Assembly: GCA_002377605.1 (NCBI GenBank)
Contig: DFQD01000096.1
Span: 1-54,847, forward strand
DNA from: Gammaproteobacteria bacterium UBA3498
GTDB lineage: Bacteria; Pseudomonadota; Gammaproteobacteria; Pseudomonadales; Pseudohongiellaceae
Direction of reading: 5' to 3'
DNA length: 54,847 nt
In this document: positions 38,433 to 46,880 of the stretch, piece after piece
Layout of the letters: each line of letters starts with the position of its first letter
Position numbering within the stretch: the first letter of the stretch is position 1
Notes under the pieces: model-generated
The model's database searches: none
Told to the model about the DNA's origin: nothing
The model's input: the letters and a program-made list of their open reading frames with translations, nothing else
Translations under genes and position numbers: made by a program

Positions 38433-38450
38433 GAATTCGGGGAGTAAACA

Positions 38451-39215
38451 ATGAAACCAGTATGTCTAGTTATAGGTGCAGGTGCTGGAATAGGTGGTAC
38501 CGTAGGAAAGCGCTTTGCCAAAGAAGGCTTTCACGCAGTCTTATGCAGACGCAGTAACGAAGAAGGTCTTAAAAAACTCGTAGCTGAGATACGGGATGAT
38601 GGTGGAGATGCAACTGGGTTTCTTCTAAATGCAGTTAAAGAAGACACGATTGAGGAACGAGTAAAACAAGTTGAAGCTGAGATTGGCCCTATTGAAGTGG
38701 TTATTTTTAACTTGGGCGCACAAGTTGGTAATCGTTCTCTTGAAGAAACCACTTATAAGATTTTTGAACTAGGCTGGCGCATGGCCACTCTTGCTTTGTT
38801 TAGAATCGCTTCTGTAGCTTGTCCATTAATGGAGACTCGAGGCAAGGGGACAATGTTAGTGACTTCTTCAACAGCTGCAGTACGAGGTAATGCCGGACAA
38901 CATTCCCATGCCGCAGCTATGGGTGGACGACGCATGTTGTGTCAATCGCTAAACGCGCAATATGCGTCCAAAGGAATTCACATTGCTCATATTGTTATCG
39001 ACGGTTCGGTGGACGCTCCAGATACTCTTGGCAAGATGTTAGGGCCTGAAAAATTTCAGCAGCTGCGTGAATCCAAAGGCATGGAACACGATGGTTTAAT
39101 GTTGCCGGAGAAAATTGCCGATACTTATTTCCACTTACACCAGCAGCATCGTTCTGTCTGGACTCATGAATTAGATCTTCGGTCTTTTTCTGATCTGGCC
39201 TGGTGGAATCATTAA
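38451..39215 (+). CDS. SDR-family NAD(P)-dependent oxidoreductase (atypical active-site region)
   Basis: VIGAGAGIGGTVGKRFAKEG dinucleotide-binding motif. SSTAAVRG... region. A canonical YxxxK is not evident (HAAAMGGRR in its place). Confidence 0.7.
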   Translation: MKPVCLVIGAGAGIGGTVGKRFAKEGFHAVLCRRSNEEGLKKLVAEIRDDGGDATGFLLNAVKEDTIEERVKQVEAEIGPIEVVIFNLGAQVGNRSLEETTYKIFELGWRMATLALFRIASVACPLMETRGKGTMLVTSSTAAVRGNAGQHSHAAAMGGRRMLCQSLNAQYASKGIHIAHIVIDGSVDAPDTLGKMLGPEKFQQLRESKGMEHDGLMLPEKIADTYFHLHQQHRSVWTHELDLRSFSDLAWWNH

Positions 39216-39536
39216 AACAAGCCCGAAACGAATCACAGAATCTTGCTGTTATCATAGTCTTCACCCTGGCGACGGGACTTTTTCTCTATGTGGATTTCCG
39301 GCTCTTTAAGATGATCGAGATTGATGGCGCCCTGAGTGAGCCCTTCGGACACCGTGGTCCACAGCGGTATATTATTCTTCCTGGATTTTAACCAGGCAAC
39401 CAGCTTCACAGTCGCCCAGCCAAATATCAACTAGCCACCAAGAAATGAATATTGTAGTAGCAAACCTTCAGTCATTATGGTTTCTCCATGCCCTATAATA
39501 TGGAGGTAGACTGCGCCAATTCAACTGCTTCTAAAG

Positions 39537-40802
39537 GTGCACCTGTCGAACATGATGAATCTACCTCAACCTAATTTCGATAGAATGCAGACTATGCTTC
39601 AGCCGAAAATTACAAACTTGGTTTTTAACTCTACCCTTTTCATTCTCTCTGCGCTAATAAGCTTTCCAGTGTTAGCTCAAAACGAATCGCAGAATCTTGA
39701 CGACTCTTGGCTACAAGAAGTTATGCCATTGGCAAATTCCTTTTCTGAAAAACAAGGCGACCCCCCTGTCTATTTAGCATTTCAATCTGCTGATGAAAAC
39801 GAACTAATAGGTTACATATTCACAACTCCCGATATTCCACCGGAAGAAGATGGGTTTAGTGGTCCAATCGATGCATTGATTGGTATGAATTTAGACGGTG
39901 AAATTACTGGAGTTAAGGTACTTTTCTACCAGGAATCCTATAAACATATCCGTGGTGACTTTATCGTTGACTCAGGATTTCCAGAGCAATTTACTGGCAA
40001 AGCAATCGCCGATAAATTTCGTATGCGTGTAGACATAGATGGAATTTCGCGCGCAACGATTAGTAGCTGGGCATTAGCACGAGGAATTCGCAACGCAACC
40101 AGGCGAGTGGCTATGGCCTATCTGCCTGGATCTTCTTTTGTGATCGAAGCTAACGTAGAGATCGAAGTATTACAAACACTACAAGATCAGAATTGGGATG
40201 ATTATCTAGCCACCGGTTTTGTTAAAGAGTTCTCGGCTCCCATAGCCGGCGAGTCTGATCTTAATTTTGCTTTGGCTTACATGGGTCACTATCGTTTAGG
40301 GGAACTACTCGTCGGCGCTAATGATTACTCAAATTCTGATCGCACTGCTAGCGAGATGATCGAAGACGGTCATATGCTTTTACTTGGTCTGACAGGCAAT
40401 ACTCCTCGATTGCAACAACTACGATTGGGCACCATGCAGGACGGAATTCTATACCCTAATCGTGGAGATAGAGTTGTATTCGCCGGAACAGCTGATGAAG
40501 GAAAGATCGCTGATCGAGCCCAGTTCGCTATCGCTTTATTTATGCACCCAAACATAGACATAACACAGCCCTTTACTGTGGTTTACGACACAAGCGAAGT
40601 GCGTGGAGAATTTAATGACTATGTGGGGGTTGAATATCAGTTGCCAGAGGATGTATTGACTTTGATAATGGGTGCTTCTGTAACTGAAGAAAGTGCCGTG
40701 ACGCAAACTGTTTTTCTCGTCGTGATACTATTGCTGACCGTCACCTTATTTGTACTGAATCTGCCTCGAATTAGGGTACACCTAAATAATAGTAACCAGT
40801 AG
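39537..40802 (+). CDS. Exported, C-terminally membrane-anchored protein with a NosR-N-terminal-like FMN-binding (FMN_bind) domain
   Basis: Signal peptide ...ISFPVLAQN. LIGYIFTT...GFSGPIDALIGMNLDGEITGVKVLFYQESY... and DIDGISRATISS (matching the Dxx[ST]xAT flavinylation-type motif). About 200 further residues, then one C-terminal TM (VFLVVILLLTVTLFVL). The start codon is uncertain: GTG at 39537, with in-frame ATGs at 39552, 39585 and 39594. Confidence 0.6.
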   Translation: MHLSNMMNLPQPNFDRMQTMLQPKITNLVFNSTLFILSALISFPVLAQNESQNLDDSWLQEVMPLANSFSEKQGDPPVYLAFQSADENELIGYIFTTPDIPPEEDGFSGPIDALIGMNLDGEITGVKVLFYQESYKHIRGDFIVDSGFPEQFTGKAIADKFRMRVDIDGISRATISSWALARGIRNATRRVAMAYLPGSSFVIEANVEIEVLQTLQDQNWDDYLATGFVKEFSAPIAGESDLNFALAYMGHYRLGELLVGANDYSNSDRTASEMIEDGHMLLLGLTGNTPRLQQLRLGTMQDGILYPNRGDRVVFAGTADEGKIADRAQFAIALFMHPNIDITQPFTVVYDTSEVRGEFNDYVGVEYQLPEDVLTLIMGASVTEESAVTQTVFLVVILLLTVTLFVLNLPRIRVHLNNSNQ

Positions 40803-40803
40803 A

Positions 40804-41379
40804 TTGAAATCATTTAGTCACATTTTTACTTTAGCAGCATTGCTTTCTGTTTGCTTTAATTCTGCGGCAGCGGAACTAGAAGAAGAATTTATTCAGCAAG
40901 AATTGGCACGAACACAGCTCGACCCTGATCATGCAGTTACATTTGAAATTAATGCGCCATCTGAATTTGTATTTCAATTTCTCATCCGTCGCGTTGCTGA
41001 CTATGCAAGCGAAGCAGTTGCCGTGGAATTCGACCATAACAATTCGCTTACCCCGGATAGATTAGATGGGGGATCAGTTCGCATCACAACCATGGAAAAT
41101 GCAGGCCAGTTAGTTCAACGCATTCTTTTATTTGACCCTCCACTTAGTTATGCCTATTACACTGATATGAACGCATCTACAATAGAAGCTCCGTTAGATT
41201 ATTCGTTAGCAAGATACAATCTCACGGAATTAGATAACAACAGAACCAGAGTACAAATTTCTGTTGTTTATAAATCAAGCTCTCGGTTGTTGTCTTATTT
41301 TGTTAGAAGAGCATTTAATGCTGCTCTTGAAAGTGATTTCGAACTGGCCGTACATAAAATCGAAGAGGAATATCAATAA
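40804..41379 (+). CDS. Exported hypothetical protein, possibly SRPBCC/START-like
   Basis: 191 aa with a TTG start 1 nt after the upstream stop. Signal peptide ...CFNSAAAE. Size and the pattern FEINAPSEFVFQFL... suggest a polyketide-cyclase/SRPBCC fold, but this call is weak. Confidence 0.4.
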   Translation: MKSFSHIFTLAALLSVCFNSAAAELEEEFIQQELARTQLDPDHAVTFEINAPSEFVFQFLIRRVADYASEAVAVEFDHNNSLTPDRLDGGSVRITTMENAGQLVQRILLFDPPLSYAYYTDMNASTIEAPLDYSLARYNLTELDNNRTRVQISVVYKSSSRLLSYFVRRAFNAALESDFELAVHKIEEEYQ

Positions 41380-41503
41380 ATTGAACGTTTACTTATTACT
41401 GATTAAGAATGTTAAGCCGTAAATATCATTACCGACTCCTGTTACCGTATATATAACTTCCTGCGATTCAAGATCATAGCTCTATATTTACAATCGGAAT
41501 TAG

Positions 41504-41537
41504 AGGAATCCAACGAATTATATAAATTTGGATTCCT
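41504..41537 (+). terminator. Perfect 10-bp hairpin in the 259-nt gap after 40804-41379 (terminator or regulatory structure)
   Basis: AGGAATCCAA-14 nt loop-TTGGATTCCT, followed by TTGAAAAT, which is a poor U-tract. Confidence 0.4.
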
Positions 41538-41638
41538 TTGAAAATGAAATAAATTGAAATATTACCTTGCACATAGACTGGCAGGCTCTACCATTCAGCA
41601 TCAATTCCATACGCAGCCGAATTAATTAGAAAGTAATC

Positions 41639-43909
41639 ATGAAAATATCGCAGTTCGTGTTAGCGATTAGCATAGCATTTGTTTCCCTGATTAGTTTTTC
41701 CGCGGAAGAAGGAATATATATTCCCCGAATTGATGGCGAGCCCACCTTGGGTGATTTTGAAGGCATGGAACCTCGCTCAGAGTTGGCCCGCTCTATGTCA
41801 AAAGTAGAAGGATTCATTCAGAGAGATCCTGACGACGGCGAGCCTGCCAGCCAAGATACCGAAGTCTATATTGGTTACGACAACATTAATCTCTATGCCA
41901 TCTGGCTTGCCTTTGATGATGAGCCAGAATTAATCCGCGCAAATTTATCTTCTCGAGAAAATATCGGTGGCGACGACCGCGTAGGTCTGACCATCGATAC
42001 ATTTAATGATCAACGCACCGCACTGTCTTTTCATGCAAGTCCATTGGGAATTCAATGGGACGCAAGATGGACAGAAGGGTCGTCTCTTCGCGCAGGTTTC
42101 GATATTACTTTCGATTCGGTTTGGTATAGCGATGGCCAGTTAACCGATAAGGGTTATATGGTAAGCATGGCTATTCCTCTGAGAAGTCTGCGCTTTCCTG
42201 ATTCGGATGAACAATTGTGGCGTGTTCAGTTTGGACGGAATATTCCTCGATCCAGCGAATTTTCCTTTTGGCCTAGATACACAATAGAAATAGAAGGACG
42301 ACTTAACCAGACAGCACTGCTTCAAGGAATAGAAAGCGTATCGCCAGGCAATAACTCACAGTTCATTCCATTTTTGTTTGCACGCGATGTTGAAGCCCTG
42401 GATACAAGGGCAATTGGCGGCCCAAAGCTTGATAGAGCTACTGAACAAGATGTCGGTCTCGACGCCAAATTTGTTTTTAATGATTCCTGGGTTTTAGATT
42501 TAACATTGAATCCTGACTTCAGTCAGGTTGAATCAGACGAGCCTCAAGTAACCGTTAACGAGCGTTTCGAAGTTCAGTTTCCCGAGCGGCGTCCTTTCTT
42601 TGTCGAGAACGCTGATTTCTTTGCCAGCGATTCAATTCTTTTGTTCACCCGTCGCATTGTAGACCCGGAAGGTGGCATTCGATTCACCGGTCGTGAAGGT
42701 GATTATGGATTAGGCGCTATTTTTATCAATGATGAGGCGCCAGGTTTAAATCGAGAAGCTGGCGATCCGCTAGATGGCGAAAAAGCAAACATTGGGATTA
42801 TTCGTGGCTTTCGCGATATCTCTGAACAATCCCGCGTTGGTTTTTTCCTGAGCGATAGGGTACTAGGCCACGGTTACAATCGAGTAGCGAGTCTAGATGC
42901 CCGTTTTAAACTTACTGATAACTGGATTACCCAAGCACAGCTAGTTGGAACAGATAGTGAACCAACTTTAGGCGGAGAATCAACAACTGGTTACCAACGC
43001 AATATACAATTTAATTACACTGGTCGAACGGTAAATAGTCATTCACACTTTGTAGAAACTACAGACCACTTTCGCACCGACCTTGGATTTCAGAATCGCT
43101 TTTTTAAGCCTGATACATCGGGTATACACAACAGTGTAGATTTGAATTTCTACCCTGAAGGATCAAGTTTAAATCGCTGGAGCACCGGCTTCTTTGACGT
43201 CTACTTAAATGACAATGACGGTACCCGGATTTATCACCAGTTCGGTCCAGACCTAAATTTCAATTGGAACACTACGGGTATCGGATTTTCATTTACTGAT
43301 TACGCAGAAATTCTACGACCAAAGGATTTCCCGGGAATCATTAGTAATACCCGATATGACTATGAAACCTATCAGGTAAACATATTCGATAACACCTTAC
43401 AGACTGCAACATTTCGCGCCAGCTATCGAGAAGGTCGAGCGCTGAATCTAGTACCACCTATTGGTACACTCCCTTATGTTGCTGATACCAGTCGTATCGA
43501 TCTATCTTTTTTGTGGCGACCACTGGATCAGCTATCGATAAATAACACTTATTTTCTAACTGAACTGGAGAATCGCGGCGGTAGCGCGAAAATTTTCACA
43601 AATGAAATTTTTCGCAGTAACTGGAATTATCAGTTCACCAAAGAATTATCTCTTCGATTTATCGCGCAATATGATGAGACGGAAGCTGGACCGGCAACCC
43701 GGCTACAAGATGATGAGAACCTAAACTTCGACGTCTTACTACGCTATGTGATTAACCCATGGTCCGCATTTTATATAGGCTACAACTCTAACCGTAGCAA
43801 TTTCGATATTGTCGAGTATGAAGGTGAACGAGAATTAATAGTTGCCAATGACTTGAGACAGGATGGCGATCAGTTCTTTGTGAAATTTTCCTATCTTTTT
43901 CAGCGCTAG
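41639..43909 (+). CDS. Exported CBM9-like/DUF5916-type protein (probable outer-membrane associated)
   Basis: 756 aa. Signal peptide. N-terminal IPRIDGEPTLGDFEGMEP...VYIGYDNINLYAIWLAFDDEP...DDRVGLTIDTFNDQRTA...NPLGIQWD pattern typical of CBM9-like domains that precede DUF5916. Long beta-rich C-terminal part. Family name from memory. Confidence 0.6.
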   Translation: MKISQFVLAISIAFVSLISFSAEEGIYIPRIDGEPTLGDFEGMEPRSELARSMSKVEGFIQRDPDDGEPASQDTEVYIGYDNINLYAIWLAFDDEPELIRANLSSRENIGGDDRVGLTIDTFNDQRTALSFHASPLGIQWDARWTEGSSLRAGFDITFDSVWYSDGQLTDKGYMVSMAIPLRSLRFPDSDEQLWRVQFGRNIPRSSEFSFWPRYTIEIEGRLNQTALLQGIESVSPGNNSQFIPFLFARDVEALDTRAIGGPKLDRATEQDVGLDAKFVFNDSWVLDLTLNPDFSQVESDEPQVTVNERFEVQFPERRPFFVENADFFASDSILLFTRRIVDPEGGIRFTGREGDYGLGAIFINDEAPGLNREAGDPLDGEKANIGIIRGFRDISEQSRVGFFLSDRVLGHGYNRVASLDARFKLTDNWITQAQLVGTDSEPTLGGESTTGYQRNIQFNYTGRTVNSHSHFVETTDHFRTDLGFQNRFFKPDTSGIHNSVDLNFYPEGSSLNRWSTGFFDVYLNDNDGTRIYHQFGPDLNFNWNTTGIGFSFTDYAEILRPKDFPGIISNTRYDYETYQVNIFDNTLQTATFRASYREGRALNLVPPIGTLPYVADTSRIDLSFLWRPLDQLSINNTYFLTELENRGGSAKIFTNEIFRSNWNYQFTKELSLRFIAQYDETEAGPATRLQDDENLNFDVLLRYVINPWSAFYIGYNSNRSNFDIVEYEGERELIVANDLRQDGDQFFVKFSYLFQR

Positions 43910-44973
43910 CTGAATTCTTGAACAGAATCCTCTGGCGCTAATGCAGCACCGGCCTGGGGTGAGTGACCCTTTGCAAGCATCTTATACCAATCACGAAAAG
44001 GCCCTGTCGTGTTTTGCATGAAAGATCTGTACTCCCCTTGCGTATCAGGGCCGATTCCCCAAGGGGTGTACTCGTCTTTGTCTGGAATGTATAAGGTTCC
44101 AAACATTCGATCATAAATGCTAGTCACCGCTGCCAGATTCGTATCCCAATGCTTCTTCAGATAACTGTGATGGGTGTGATGCATAGCCGGGCTTTGAATC
44201 CATTTTTCCAGCCAGCGAGGATAACGTAATTGCACGTGATAATGTCGAAATGAACCGGTTAATCCCAGAATAAATGAAAAGAATCCTGCTCCCAAAATTG
44301 TTGCTTGGGTGATACCACCATCAAATAGATAAGCAAAAATTCCTGTTGCAACTGCAAAACTAAATGCAGAGCCCGCAGCCCAAATTGGCCCAGCAAGAAA
44401 ATGCTCTCGATAACGAGTTAAGGGCGTCAGTACTTCAGCAGAATGATGCACTTTGTGGATAGCCCATAACGCTGGAATCTTATGCATTGAATAGTGAATG
44501 ACATAGAACACAAAGTCATATAACAACAGACTTACCAGCGCAAAAAACAGCATCCAGGCGAAGCTTGATTCTATTGCTGGTGTCTCCCCGAATTGCCATT
44601 GTAAAACTGCGATTACATTCTGCTCAGTAACTGGCCCCACTGTTGCCATTAAAGCGACTACCCAGATCGGTCGAAGGATTCGTTCCAACACCCATAACCA
44701 AACATCGACTCGTGCAGAAACATGCGTGTAAACATCATTCGGGATTAAATATTCGACAATTCCGACTTGGCGAACTTCACCTTTGGCACTCTTGGATCCA
44801 TGACCGCGGTAATACATGAAAAGGCAAATAGCTAAAAACAGGGTGATCAATAATCTATCCCAGTGCAAATCATTGGGAATGTTGGTTGAGGCGATATTCC
44901 AGATGAAGGTTGATGCTTGCTGAACGATATCCGTGAACGGCCCGACTATCTCGCCAGAAGTGCTATTGGCCAT
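43906..44973 (-). CDS. Fatty acid hydroxylase/sterol desaturase superfamily membrane di-iron enzyme
   Basis: His boxes HYSMHK, HKVHHS and HHTHHSY with several TM helices. Its stop shares the palindrome CTAG with the convergent upstream gene. Confidence 0.8.
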   Translation of the reverse strand: MANSTSGEIVGPFTDIVQQASTFIWNIASTNIPNDLHWDRLLITLFLAICLFMYYRGHGSKSAKGEVRQVGIVEYLIPNDVYTHVSARVDVWLWVLERILRPIWVVALMATVGPVTEQNVIAVLQWQFGETPAIESSFAWMLFFALVSLLLYDFVFYVIHYSMHKIPALWAIHKVHHSAEVLTPLTRYREHFLAGPIWAAGSAFSFAVATGIFAYLFDGGITQATILGAGFFSFILGLTGSFRHYHVQLRYPRWLEKWIQSPAMHHTHHSYLKKHWDTNLAAVTSIYDRMFGTLYIPDKDEYTPWGIGPDTQGEYRSFMQNTTGPFRDWYKMLAKGHSPQAGAALAPEDSVQEFS

Positions 44974-45177
44974 GTATGAAACCTCTGGAACTCAAATTTA
45001 AGTATTATAATTTTGACTTGGATGAGATTATGCCTGAATTGATTGCCAATTAGTGAGCAAATTCATCAACGATCCAAGCGGCATCATTTTACGTTATAAA
45101 AATAAAGCTATGTGAAACAGGCTCTCCTACAAATCAGCTAAAATAATGTATAACAGTGAAGACTCGGAGGAATTATT

Positions 45178-45537
45178 GTGACAAAAAAACTACTTGTGTT
45201 GATATTTATATCATTGACCTCTCATCTAATTGTGGCTCAATCATCTGCGAATGGCGTTTGGGATTTTTCTATGGCTAGTCCAATGGGCTCTGTAAGCGCT
45301 AAGGTTACAATGATGGTTGAAGGGAACGTATTAAAGGGAGAATTCGATCTGGGCGGGGGCCGTACTTGGCCTATCGAAGAAGGCGAGGTCGACGGAAACA
45401 ACATCTCGTTTAATATTAATCGCGATGGATCTTCTATGACCTATGTTATGAGTGCCGAAGTTAATGAAGATTCTATTTCCGGAATCGCATCGGCAATGGG
45501 TACAACCGCTGAGTGGTCTATGACTCGCGCAGAATAG
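45178..45537 (+). CDS. Small exported hypothetical protein
   Basis: 119 aa with a GTG start after GGAGGAA. Signal peptide ...SHLIVAQS. No recognisable motif. Confidence 0.5.
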   Translation: MTKKLLVLIFISLTSHLIVAQSSANGVWDFSMASPMGSVSAKVTMMVEGNVLKGEFDLGGGRTWPIEEGEVDGNNISFNINRDGSSMTYVMSAEVNEDSISGIASAMGTTAEWSMTRAE

Positions 45538-45638
45538 CGCTAGTTGAACTACTCATGCGAAAAAGACTTTGCTTCCCAATTTCCTCGGGGTTAGATTAGA
45601 TTTATTCTTAAACCCAATGAGATAAAGGTGAAGCCATC

Positions 45639-46790
45639 ATGCTCACTCGCCGCGAACTATTCCATGCCGCAGGCGCAGCGACCGCGCTCGGATTAACACA
45701 AGCAAACTCTGCTCAGAGCCAAACTTTGGCATCTGATTCAAGTAACTCAACCGTTCGCCTTAGCGGTGATGGGATCGGGCTGCGACCCCAGGAATTTACG
45801 GAGCTGCTTGATAGTTTATGCCAGAATCAAAACATCGAACCGGATAACTATTTGCTTGGTGGTGAAGTCGAAAAATTTGAACGATATTGCGCAAAACTAC
45901 TAGACAAAGAAATGGCGGTATTCATGCCATCCGGGACATTGGCTAATCAGCTAGCTCTGCGTCAAATCGCCGGCGAAAGGCGTCGAGTGATAGTGCCGGG
46001 ATTAAGTCATGTCTATAACGACACCGGTGATGCTTCTCAGAATCTTTCCAACTTAAATCTAATTCCCCTTGCACATGATCGCGCCACTTTTACCCTAGAA
46101 GAAGTTGAGGCTGTTATTGAACGAACTGCTGGCGGAAGAGTTACCGCGGAAGTTGGAGCAATCTTAATTGAGAGTCCGGTACGAAGATTATCTGGCGAGA
46201 TGGTCGATTGGGAAGAAACTAAACGCGTTGCGGGTTATGCCAAAGAAAAAGGAATCGGTATTCATCTTGATGGCGCAAGAATGTTTATCGCTTCTGCTTA
46301 TACCGGAATAAGTCCGGCCGAATATGCAGAACCTTTTGATATGGTCTATTTCTCACTATGGAAATACTTTAACAGCGGCATCGGTGCAATTCTCGCGGGA
46401 AATAAAAATGACCTTGAAGATATGTTTCACACTCGGCGTATGTTTGGCGGTAACCTTTATACAGGTTGGTCAGCTGCATTAGTAGCGCATCATTTCATGG
46501 AGGGCTATATAGATCGCTTAAAAACTGCTATTACTATCTCCGAGGATTTTTACTCAGCAATCGACCAGCACCCCGCCTTCATTGTGACTAGAATTCCAAA
46601 TGGTACGAACTTAACCCGGATTACCCTTATAGGAACTGACAGTGAAGAATTCAGAACTCGATTGTCAGAACAAAACATCTTGCTGGGAAGAGCCAATGAA
46701 AACAATCGATTCACCTTAGGTGTAAATGAAACCTGGAATCGAAGAACTGCAAACGAGTTAGCTTTGGCATTTACTAGCGCTGTTACTTAA
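45639..46790 (+). CDS. Threonine aldolase/beta-eliminating-lyase-like PLP-dependent enzyme with a twin-arginine signal
   Basis: MLTRRELFHAAGAATALGLTQANSAQS leader. FMPSGTLANQLAL. HLDGARMF. YFSLWKYF, with the Lys at the position of the family PLP lysine. Confidence 0.7.
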   Translation: MLTRRELFHAAGAATALGLTQANSAQSQTLASDSSNSTVRLSGDGIGLRPQEFTELLDSLCQNQNIEPDNYLLGGEVEKFERYCAKLLDKEMAVFMPSGTLANQLALRQIAGERRRVIVPGLSHVYNDTGDASQNLSNLNLIPLAHDRATFTLEEVEAVIERTAGGRVTAEVGAILIESPVRRLSGEMVDWEETKRVAGYAKEKGIGIHLDGARMFIASAYTGISPAEYAEPFDMVYFSLWKYFNSGIGAILAGNKNDLEDMFHTRRMFGGNLYTGWSAALVAHHFMEGYIDRLKTAITISEDFYSAIDQHPAFIVTRIPNGTNLTRITLIGTDSEEFRTRLSEQNILLGRANENNRFTLGVNETWNRRTANELALAFTSAVT

Positions 46791-46880
46791 TCGTTCAGTG
46801 CTGTTTAGCTCAAACAAATATTGTTTTTCATGTAAAGTAGCTATTCGAAATGGATTAAAAAAATAAAGTGGAGCCTAGCC

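Noticed and set aside
37829-38935. Minus-strand ORFs antisense to the GST and SDR genes (37829-38188, 38192-38521, 38531-38752, 38753-38935)
   Set aside because: They are shadow ORFs of well-supported plus-strand genes.
39203-39430. Small ORFs in the 321-nt gap (39203-39391 plus strand, 39233-39430 minus strand with a TTG start)
   Set aside because: They overlap each other, have no convincing RBS and no recognisable family. I kept them only as context for the 20-nt repeat observation and cannot exclude a real small protein.
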